Of a stretch of DNA of 64,000 nucleotides, positions 23,601 through 34,747 are shown one piece after another. Numbering within the stretch: the first letter of the stretch is position 1; each line of letters begins with the position of its first letter. The DNA comes from Neophaeotheca triangularis (Eukaryota). The translations under genes and the position numbers were made by a program. The stretch covers positions 62,001 through 126,000 of the forward strand of contig BAAIJX010000036.1 of assembly GCA_054600435.1 (NCBI GenBank), given 5' to 3'. A model generated the notes under the pieces. That model saw only the letters and a program-made list of their open reading frames with translations. It was not told the DNA's origin and made no database searches.

Positions 23601-26578
23601 TGCCTTCCACCGAAGATCCCCAGCAGCCACCGAGTAAGAAGTCAAAAACAAAGGGAGCGGCCCCTCCTGCGCCGCCGCCTGCGCCAAAAGTTGTCAAGCC
23701 TCCTACTCCGCCTCCGAAGATACCTACGCCTCCTCCACCCCCGATCATCCCAAACAAGCCGACTTGGAGGGTGCTACCGTGTGCAGTTTGTCTGGCCCCA
23801 GACAACACAATCGAGTGCGACCATTGCAGGCTTACGGTCCACCGCAATTGTTATGGTCTCGGCGCCACAGAGGGGGTGAAAGCCAATGGCGAGGTCAAAT
23901 GGGTCTGTGATCAATGCCAAAATGATCGCAATCCCACCGTTTCCACAGATTACAAATGCTGCCTGTGCTTGACCGAGGAGACGGTCATCGAGCTCGTTGA
24001 GCCTCCTAAAGTGTCTCACAAGAAGAAGACTGAGCGCGAACGCGAGAAAGAGCGCATGGAGAAGGAACTGACAGACGGGATGCGCGCTGAATATCGGAGT
24101 AAGCAGGCGGCCCAAAATCGGCCGCTCCTTCCTCGGGAGCCGCTCAAGGTCACTACCAGTAACAATTGGGTTCACGTCTACTGCGCCGCATGGATGCCCG
24201 AGATTCGATTTAGCAATGCGAAAGCATTTCAGGTTGCGGAAGGTTTCCAAGCCATCCCCCAGGCCAAGTACGATGCTGTTTGCAAGCTGTGCAAGAATCG
24301 GGACCACCAAAACAAAATCCAGGACTCGGCCGGTGCTTGCGTCCAGTGCTTTCAATGCGCCGCCAACTTCCACATCTCTTGCGCGCACGAAGCTGGCTAC
24401 CAATTCGGCTTCGACCTTACCCCTGTGAAAGGCTCCCGAAAGGACCAAGTCACGTCCGTGACTATGGGCAAGGAAACTGGCTCGGCAGTGGCCGCGATTT
24501 GGTGCAAAGAGCACGTTGTAAAGCCGCCATTCCATCCCATGAACGAAGTGTGTGAGGATAGTGGGAAAAGTGCACTTCAAGTCTATTGCGAGGCGTACAA
24601 GCAAGCCGATCTTACCCTGACTGGCACTGCGCGCAAAGCCAACCTTGCTCAACAGACTAAGGACAAAGGGCAGCAGAATTCGGCAAACTCACAGACAGCC
24701 AGCAGGAGAGAGTCTGGCGTGCACAGTATTGCTTCAGCGGTTCGCCGTGGCGCTCGCAACTCCATAGCCCACGAAACGAAAGCTGAGACTTCTGACGTCG
24801 ACATGGGATCTCCTCAAGACTCTGAAGAAGACAAACGCCATTGTGTTAGATGCGAAACGGACGATACTCCAAAATGGCATTTGGTTTCTGAAGTACCTAA
24901 GCCGGCGCCGAAGATGCCGACGCCGCAGGCCTCACCAGAGCAGAGAATGTCGATGACAATAGGCGAGGTTACGGACAATAACGTGACGAGCTCTACCGAG
25001 GATGCTCGTGCACTGGGTGACTCAATGGGGCGGCCTGATCCAACCCCTCCTCAGCATATCCGGTTCATGGCCCCCGGGGCGAGTGGGAGGGCTTGGGATG
25101 GCATGGCTTCAAACGCGACGAGGCCAGGCACCGACACCGACCCCAGTCGCACTGACCAACCCCACGAGCATCATGAGCGGATCGAACAACCTGAGAGGCA
25201 GCCTGCTCGCACAGCAACCGGTGGCTACGAACACCCACAGATGCCGCCGCCAAACTCTGCTTCACAAACGAACGCACAGCAAGATCAGACTCCAGCACAA
25301 GAACCCAGCGGTCATACCGACGAAGGCTTCCACGCGCATGGCTTGCCACAATACAAGAACCCAGCGTCACTGCCAACGCTTCCGGTGCAAGAGGCTGAGA
25401 AAGAAAATTACAAAGGACCAAAGCAGTACTACTGCCACAAATGCTTCCTACGCAAGAAACTCAACCCGGAGCCGACGCCTCCCCCTGAGCCGCAACCGAC
25501 GGAGTCCGCTGTGGCTGAACCTCCACGTGATTTCGCCTCCCAGCTCGATTTTATTTCTTCCGGGCCGCCGCAGCCGCCGGTGCAGCCCAGCTTTGATCAA
25601 GCTCTGCGGATGCCGTGGGAGACTGAGGCTCCCCGTCCGAACCACCCTCCAGGCCCAAACCCATTGGTGCACCACCCGTCCGCATACGGTCAGCATCCCC
25701 CACCGCAGATGCAGCATTTCGAGCCACAACACCCCAATGGCTTTCATGGACCGCCGTCGCATAACGTTGGCCCTCCCCCATTACACCATAGGAATGGTAG
25801 CTTCGGATTCCATGGTCAGCCACCTCCGGGCATGCAGGGCTACCCGCTACCTCAGCATCAGGCGCCACGTCCTCCCTCGCTTGCTGGTTTCTCCAACCCC
25901 GGAATGCCCAACGGCATCAATTCGCCTCACCCGATGCACCATCCAGCCATGCCGTCGCCCGGCTATGGTCCTCCTCCACCGCACCAAGCTTTCCAGCAGC
26001 CACACCAGCAAGGACCTAGGCGGACCGAGTCGCCTTTCTCCGCGCAGCTCCCACCACTTGGGGGTCCACTTCACGGAACACCAGCTACCCCGTTCAACCA
26101 GCCTGCACCGAACTTTGGTAACGGGCCGCAACCGCAGCACAACGGTCAGCAGCCGCAGGGTCATCCCATGAATAACCCGCCTCCACAGAACCATGGGCAG
26201 CAGGGGAACGGTACGCCGATGCATGGTATGGGGAACAGCATGCCGCCCCAACATCCTCACCAGCAGCGACCTGTTAACGGCAGCTCGCATCCGCCGATGC
26301 ACAATATGAGTAACGGACAGCCCCCTCATAACAGCGGTCAGAATTTGCACAACCAGCAGTTTCAGGGCGGTTACCAACAGCACAACAATGGCCAGTCACA
26401 GATGCAAGGACAGCAGCCAAACAACGGGCAGCCTATCGCAAACAGCCCTCACTCGCAGGTCGCAAGGCCAGACAGCCGCACTCAGCGTCCCGAGACTCCC
26501 TCGCAAATGGATGCTGCCACCCTTGCTGCGATCACGGGGGCTAGCGCGAGTCCCAACTTGCGCAATTTGCTCCATTAG
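20664..26578 (+). CDS. SNT2: Snt2 chromatin protein (BAH, PHD, ELM2, SANT, GATA-like, PHD/ePHD; Q/P/H/N-rich tail); 2 exons
   Basis: Intron 21472..21566 (gtatgt..ctgat..cag) gives VND|HVYLISEPPGDPYYLARIMEF; WFYRPRD; CKRC..CAICKNSYHMNC..WACGPC; VVRFYYLWKKT; WVHVYCAAW. Confidence 0.95.
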
Positions 26579-27436
26579 TAATGGGATGATGTGCCAAATC
26601 GTGGCTACGGTGGTAATAGGGACGGCGCGTCGGATTGATGGAAGGTATGACTTAACGAGGCAAGATGGAGTAGATAAGGCGTGCGTTTTCGAGGGCAAGA
26701 TACTTAACCAGTTCTGCTGCAGTGACTTTGCATTTGCTACACTGAGGGTGCATTGCGTATAGGTTGCAGAGTCGGCGCATGTGTCTGGACAAGGCCTCGG
26801 GTTTGTCCGCATCAATTCCCTTTCTTCATAGATAGCTAACGCAAGCGTGTATTATCAGTAGCCCATGCACTCTTTCTCTCATGCACTACACCACGAGACT
26901 GCCTTGTTGCTCTTGCCGTCACCGTGTGCATACGTGCATGCTCGGACGCAGCAACTGTGGAACTACATGCTTCGACCCTGTTGAACAGGTCTATTCAGCG
27001 CGTCACGCTCTCCCAGTAAACTTGATTTAAGGAAACAGAACCAGTACTAACTACGATATCTTACACAAGCTCGGGCGTTGTAGGTTTGATCACCCCTAAA
27101 TGTTGCAAGGGACTTCGTATGGTCCTGATGGTTTTAGAAAGGTAGTCAGTGTTGCCTGATCATCAGCAAGGTAAACATTGCCCTCTCGCAAAACATATTT
27201 CGCCCCTCTGCGGTCATTGAACAATAGGGAAATGTGCTCGTAGGTGAGGTCTGTCAAATGTCCTTCCCAAACACCGACCCTTGCCAAGCCGAAACGCCTG
27301 CGGCCGGTGTAGCATGTAGCAAGCCGCACGCAAGCCTGAGCTGTCAAAACTCCCTGATACGCTCCACACCCGACCAGATCTTTTGTCACTGTCGCTTTCC
27401 ACATTACTACCATCCTCACTGCCTCGCGACTTCGAG

Positions 27437-29492
27437 ATGGTCAAGGCGTATACGCAAGACCAGAAGGACCTCGTCAAGTCCCTGATCGAGGCTGGGCGCG
27501 ATGAGATCTTCATCGAGCAAGAGAGCGGCGTCAGCGACCGCACCATCAGGCGCTGGAAACAGGAGCTCGAGAAGACGGGCAGAATTGGGAAGCCGCCAGA
27601 GAGCAGGACGGGGAGGAGACGCCTGCTCACGCCTGGAATCGAGCGCGCACTCTTCGCCTACCTCAGAGAAAGTCAGGATGTCGGCATCGACGACATGATC
27701 TGGTGGCTGCATGATAACCACGAGATCGTTGTTGGCCCCAGGACCATCAGAAGAACGCTTGCTAGAGCGGGCATCAATTCGCAGCACTACAAGTCCAAGG
27801 GTCGGGCACTGCCTAACTCTGGTGGGAACGGGGAAGACGACAGCGAGGAGGAGGGTGAGGGAGGGACCCAAGACGGTGCTAGCACGCCGCAGCCATTGCC
27901 GCAGACTGTGCAGCAAACGGTGCCTCAGTACCAATCGCCGTACACGCCCACCATGACTCCGCACGCTCAGGCTGCTCAGCCGCATCCCAACCTCATGCAA
28001 GGCGTAGAGCAATCTACTCCCCAGACATCGTCCACCCAGCAGGCAGCACCCGCCCAGCAGCCACGACCTACTCAGCAGCCACCCTCCACTGAGCAAGCGG
28101 CTTTGCAGCAGCAAAATGTTCATCAACAACAGCAGTATCCGCCCCAATCCATGGCGCTGCCCAATGACGAGGAGATGATACAGCTCGAGTTGAAGCAGCT
28201 CGAGCTGCAAAAGCAAAAGATTGCTATTCAAGAGCACGAGGTCGCGTTGAAGTTACAGCTGCGCAGAATGCAGCGGACCAAAGCAGGGCCGCCTCCTCAA
28301 GCCCAGACCCAATCGCAACAGCAGGCCCTGCCGCAGTTCCAGCAACAGTCTCAGCAACAGCGATCCCAGCAACAGCCGCAACTACAGCAACCCCTGCAAC
28401 AATCTCAGCAGCAAGTCCAGCAGCAAGTTCAACAGCAAGGCCAGCAACAAATTCAGCATCAATGTCAACAGCAAGCTCAGCCGCATATATCGCCTTCGCT
28501 AGCGACTCCAAGCGCCTCGCAGAGCTCTGCTACTACCTCAACTCCGCTGTCTCGAAAGCGTGACTTGAAGAAGGAGCAGAACGAAAGAAAGAACGAAAAG
28601 TCAAGGCAAAAGAAGCAAAAGGCTGACGAGAAAGCTCTCGAGGCACTCCGCTTGCGCAGTCGGAAGCGCGAGTTTATCACGGCAGACTGGGTGCAGAGCA
28701 AGTTCATCTGGCCGCTACCAGCCCAGAGATTGCTGGCAAAGCTCATGCACGAGTACGACTGTTATTCATTCTCACAAAGTATAGGAGACACCTTCGAGAG
28801 CATGTACAGCGAGCTCTACTCTCTGGTTGACCGCAAGCACGGCGATTGGAAACCTCAGATTCACGACGAGATGTTGCGTGAACGCATGAAGCGCAAAATG
28901 GGGGCCCTCAGGACCAAGATGGTGAAGGTGAGCAGCTTCCCAAGATTCGATCCTTGAGCCACGCCAATACTAACATGTTTTAACCAAGTCCGGCGAGATT
29001 GTTGGTAAGCAGCAAGGTGGTAACCTCGCCACCAACGACGATTACCAGCGCGCGGACGACTACATTGGAGCCGAGGCGGGGGAATCAATCGAGAACTCGA
29101 ATGTGGAGATGGAGGATACGATGCCGGAAGACCCACACACGCAACCTGTTGCTCAAATGTCGATCCAAGAGCCAGGCGCCCATGCCTACCAGTCGATGAC
29201 TCACCATCACCAACCACAGCACGATCACCACCGCCACCAGCAGCAGCTCGGGCAACAGATGCAATACGATATGCCAGCCACGAACATCCAAGGCGCCCAC
29301 TCGCACCAGCAAGACCAGATGAGCATGAACGGGCATATGAGCAACGGTCTCCACCAGTATCCAGATCCCCAATACGCAACGACTCCTCAGTACTCGATGA
29401 TGGACGCAAGATCGGCGGCAATGATGGGCTACGGACAGCTAGCCATGACGGGACACGGAGTGATGGGCAAGGACGGCGATATGATGATGTAA
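27437..29492 (+). CDS. Putative transcription factor: Tc1/IS630 transposase-type HTH module, Q-rich region, coiled coil and helical C-domain; 2 exons
   Basis: ATG 27437; GVSDRTIRRW..GRRRLLTP..DDMIWWLHDNHEIVVGPRTIRRTL; intron 28928..28988 (gtgagc..ctaac..aag) joins in frame to the 29103-29492 ORF. Confidence 0.8.
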
Positions 29493-30606
29493 TGATAAGT
29501 TGCGAGCCTTAGAAACTCCCTCTCCAGGATACAAAACACGTTTTAGACGGACCGTTATTGACAAAATATATAGGATGGACTCTCCTAGGATGGATTTCCC
29601 TGGGAGCCATATCCCAGACAGCGTTCTCTTCGAGATGCTGCAGCGGGAGAACGCGCTCTACTGAGCTTTCTGGACTTGGCCCTGAGCCTTTCAGACCTAC
29701 CCTCAATGGTGCACCGAGTACCACACGACGACTAGCGAGCTAGCTTAAATAGCTGTATCACTATTAGTTGTCAATGAAAATGATCATTTGCTTCCTTGCC
29801 TCGCGGTCGTAGACCCACGTCTTGTCAAATGGCGGGTATGGAGTTATCAGTCAGCGCTCGTCCCTGACGACCACCCGAGTATTTCCGTTGGGCCAATACC
29901 TCTATCGCCTTACTGTCCACTCGTGATGCCCTCGACCGACGACAACACACTGCGGTGCCTCGAACGTCAGGCAAAAATATCTCCGGGGTAGAAAAGTAGA
30001 TACCGAAGTCGCAGACCCAAGGTACCTAGCCCTGGGCCACCGTTGAGGAGCACACCCATGGAAATCCTGCTTACGTCGACCCGAGCCTAAGTTTCGCTAC
30101 TCTGTAATCAACGAAGAAAAACTCAAAAGCGTTCTTCAACCTTGGTATCTGGTCTTGCAGGCGCGGGCTGCAGAAGTAGACACACGAGAGTCACCAAAAT
30201 GGAATCTGACCTGCCCACGCGTCTTTCCGCATGTACTAGAAGGTGACTGGAAAAATTGCTAAGACTGCTTGATTACTCTACGTACTTGCCAGATAGCGCT
30301 GTCCATGATTTTGGTACAATGCCCAGTATTTGTCAATAGTCGCGTGTATCCATGCTCGGAGCGTATCATAGTGCCAGTCTTGGTTGATCTTGGTACTGCA
30401 ATTGTTGTTGTTGGCGCTGACGTTCAAGGATACATAGTATCTACACAGGTCCACCAATCGCCCCGCTTTTCTAAGAAAGTGAACCCCAAGCCTCCCCCCT
30501 CCCCCACCTTCTCCCAATCCCCTCAGCCTTACACAACCGTTTTCGAACCTTAATACTCGACTCGGTACCGTCTCGATCGAGCAACAATGCTGCCGCTCTG
30601 ATTCTA

Positions 30607-32514
30607 ATGGAAACTTCAACACCTCCACCCGAGCAGATCCCACTTCCCGACCCTTTCTCGTTGCCTTCTCAAGACGCCCTTCGAGACATCGCACGCAAGC
30701 AGGATGAACGTGCACGCGAAATCAAGAGCCGGAGGGCGGAGCTGTTCAGGGAACAGGCTCTCGCAAAGGCGGCTCCGAGTGACATGGCACAGCAGGCTGC
30801 TGCAGAGGTGATCCAGAGGAGCTATCGTGGACATCGGCAACGGCGTGCGCTAAAGGGCCATTCGCTGGAGCCGGGCCAGCGGCTGATGGAGGTAAGGATA
30901 ATTTGTTCTTGAGACCATCTTGGTTGGCTATGCCAGTGTGCTGATGGGGAAGGTAGATTGTCAAAGATGGTGAGCCCGTGGCCCTGTTCAACACGCTGTG
31001 GTCCTCTTGACTGAAGTTCGAATTTAGCCAAATGGGAGGCTGCCACGAGGCCTCTGCCGCGAAGGCTCAAGTCGAGTATGTCCGAGACGGGTTTCAGGAG
31101 TCGCAGTCAGGTGAGGCGGCATTGGAAGAGTGTTGCTGCGATTGCGCGGAGAGCTGGGAGCGCTGGGAGTAGTGGGGAGAGTGTGGAGGAGGATGCTGGC
31201 GAGGATGCCGAGGAGATGGTGAGGTTGAGGGAGCTGAAGAGTGAGAGAAAGGCGGAGAGGGAGAAATACGGCAAAGCGATGGGGCTGGAATATTTTCTGG
31301 AGATGGTAGGTCTTTGCAGAGAGGTGAGCGTGGTGCGAGAGGACGAAAGATGGCTGATCATCGAGCAGGTCGACCAGAAGCATCGATACGGGAGCAACCT
31401 AAGGCGATATCATAAGGAGTGGAAAGCTGCGGACACCCGCGAGAACTTTTTTTACTGGCTCGATTACGGTGAAGGAGCGAAGCTGGATCTGGAAGACCGA
31501 CCAAGAGAGCGCTTGGACAGGGAACAGGTACGGTATCTTTCCAGGGAAGAGCGAAAGAAGTACTTGGTGAACATCCAGAGCGGGCGCTTTTGCTTTGCAA
31601 AGAATGACATGCCGATCACAACAAGTCCGGAATACAAAGACAGTATGGAAGGCATTGTTCCCGCGGAAAAGCCCGTACCCAGCTGGCGCGAGGTAACTAC
31701 AGGGCTTGCAGCGCCAGAGCCTGACTGTGGCTCAGATTCTTCCTCTTCGATATCCGGGATCAGCACCGGATCTGCCGAAGACAACACTCGCTACGCCAAC
31801 ACGGAGCTCCAGGACGCAAAAGGGCTGAACAAGCTCAAACACATCAACGTGGATAGCTTGAAGAACAATCTCTTGCGCAAGACAACGAAGAAGAACACGT
31901 GGATCTTCGTCGCAGACTCTTCATTTCGCTTGTACGTTGGTATCAAGCAGTCGGGCGCATTTCAGCACTCCTCTTTCCTACATGGGTCTCGCGTGGCCGC
32001 TGCCGGTCTGATCAAGATCAAGCGTGGGCAGTTGCGTAAGCTTTCCCCCTTGAGTGGTCACTACGCGCCGCCTTTACGCAACTTTCGGGAGTTCGTGAAG
32101 AACCTGAAGGCGGCCGGTGCGGACATGAGCCGGTGCAGCATCTCGCGCAGTTATGCAGTGCTGCTAGGCCTGGAAGGATATCTGGGTGTTAAGAAGCACG
32201 CTCAAAAGAGCAAACAGGGTGTCAAGGATGCATTACATCCCGAGGAGAAGAGAAAGCGACAAGAAGAGGCGAGGGATAAGAGCAAAAGCGCTGAGAAGGA
32301 GCGAATAACATTGGAGGAAGAGCGAAGAGAGCGGAGGAAAAGCAGTCTCAGGGGCAGGATAGTGATGAGGCTGAAGCACGATGAGTGTGGGAAGCTCATC
32401 GAAGAGAAAGGCAGTGAGGAATTGGGTGGTAGTATGGGCGATGGAATGGAGCCCGAGGAGAAGAAATCCAAGAGTACGGGGGATGTTGAGGCCTGCGGAG
32501 CGTCGAAGCTTTAA
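30607..32514 (+). CDS. IQ calmodulin-binding motif protein (IQM/EDA39-like); 4 exons including a 13-nt microexon
   Basis: IQ motif VIQRSYRGHRQRR; YFLEMVDQKHRYGSNL, FFYWLDYGEG, FQHSSFLHG..AAG..SGHY; introns 30892..30956, 30970..31027, 31306..31368. Confidence 0.85.
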
Positions 32515-34747
32515 GACGCTATATGTCATTGATTGCTAGATACCGTTTGGATCGATTGAGATATACTGTTGTGACCTGTCTATTGGCATCTGGCATTCTC
32601 CAGATTGATCCAGGCTTTCAATGCGCTGTGGAGGGATGAGGCGAGGTCTGCAAGTAGCGTGCCTTCCTCTCTACAATGGTGAAAGAAGAAGGCACGGAGC
32701 ATGGCCTAGAAACCTTGAAACGGCCTCACCTCTACAAATATAAGCAGACATCGTCTCTCTTCCTTTTCTCAGCTTTTACAGCAGACGGTACCTTCTCAAG
32801 ACAATACATTGTATCTTTTCAGCCACAAAGCCCGTACCTGGCATCTGGACCGCCATGCTAACGCCACTGGTTGTCAACGGCAGCGTGACGAGCAGGGAAA
32901 GGCGCATTGCGATGGCTGGGGGAAACTCGCCTGGCCCGTCTTTGCGTCGTACTCAAGTACCGACGACGGCGTTCTTCCTGCAGAGCGACAGCTGCCCAGC
33001 GTTGCGAAGTGCGACCAGTGACCACCAACCAGGCCCTAGGTCTCTCAGACGCACGGCACGAACTGCGCGTCGCCGACGATTTGCAGTCATTAGCGCTGGC
33101 ATTGCTACACTTTCATTGGCAACAAGGGTCGACCGTCGGAAGGGTGTAGAAGAGTCTACTCCAGGCACTGCAGGAACGATCAACCTTGGAAGTCGTCTGC
33201 GAGTTCTGGTTCGAGCCACTCTTCCGCCTGCTGACCTCGATGACCCCTCCGGCAAAAATCCAACACCAGCCTCTGGGCTTCAGGGGCCAGTCATCAACTT
33301 CCAAACCTTCCCCACGTTTCAAAACTTGCTTTTTGACCCCGAAAGCTCTGGAAAGCCAATTCCGCAGTTTAGGCGTCGTGGCTGTGCTAAGAAGCAGCAG
33401 ACCAGAGGATCTTTGGAAGAGAGACCAGTGGACATTTGATTCGAATGGATGGAAGAATATTCATGATGAACTCGAGCACAATAATAGCGAAACCCACGAG
33501 TTGCGATACTTGCAACTTGCGGCAAAACGAAAAAGCAACAATGGTCTGACGTCGACGTCGATCTCTCACTCTTGGGCAACCCGTGGGCAGCCCCACGCGC
33601 CTGGGCTTTTCAAAGGCTTTTCGATCGGCCGGAGACTTCCAGGTTTACTCGAGCCAAACGAGTGCTGTGCCTGGCTTTCCAGCCCTCATGCTTTGCCCAT
33701 TAATTCCCACGGACCTCACGGTCGAGACGGAAAGCCACTGCGAGACTCAAGTGTGATTAATTAATTACCGTCTTACCTCTTACCGCAAAGCTGCACTTTA
33801 CCAGCCTCTTGGGGCTAGAAAGAGACGCCGAGTTGCTGTGGCTCGTAGCTGAAAGCGACAGCTCCAAGCCGCGCGATCGGTGATGGAAGCGGCTGGCGGC
33901 ACAAGTCAATCGCTCCCCGTCTGCTCATCGAGCGATCTGATAGGGAGACACATCTAGGCCCGTCCTCGAGCTCTCAGCCACAGCAGGGGTTTCACGACGC
34001 ACTCGGAACACGCTCTCTCTGTACGAGCAGCTGCTCGACTCTTTCCATTGTGACTGTGTTGTCTGTGCCTCCTTGTGGCGTAGTGAGCTGGGATGGAGCG
34101 GGCTTGCACAGTGTCAACTGCCTGTCATTGTAGGACTGAAAGACTGGTTAGAGCGCAAGGCATTGGAGCAGGGTGACGTATGGCTACCGTCAGACCAATC
34201 CCAAAAACGATAGCGGACAGCCGCTAATACCGGCTAGAGTGCTAGGCCTTGGTTGGTGCGACGTTGCGTAACGTTATTTGGTGCGCAACGCCATCTAACG
34301 GGAGACAAACCTGCTTATTTTCCGCCTCGTGGCCCGACACTGGCCACAAGAGGCGCGAGCTATGGAGCTCTCCCCCGGGCCCCATGCAAAACCTTGAACT
34401 TTCGCTACGTCACTCGCAGAGACGCGCTCCCTTTACCCTAGGTAGCTCCACGACTCACGAGCGATCACTGCATCATCGGTGGCCGTGCTGCGGCGCACCC
34501 ACTGCCCCCTTGGGAAGACGTATATGTATTGTTTCTTGTAGGTCTCAGCGCGCGACCACATTTTCCTCACACCTCCCCTTTCCCCTCTCAAATTTCGTCT
34601 GCATCTTGCATGACGAGCAATTCTAATCAATACGCGTACTATTCCTTTCCCCCTACGCCAAACCGAACCTCCCCAGCGGTGCGTAGTAAATCATCTACGA
34701 ATAATACTCCTCAAACCTCGCAATCCTCTCGAACCGCGAGTAGCAAC

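Noticed and set aside
26800..30600. Possible transposon boundaries around the transposase-like HTH gene
   Set aside because: No terminal inverted repeats, TA duplication or DDE coding sequence found by eye, so it is not called a mobile element
32676..34630. Several 60-194 aa ORFs upstream of the DUF3659 gene
   Set aside because: Overlapping in many frames with no domain or codon bias; more likely regulatory or UTR sequence
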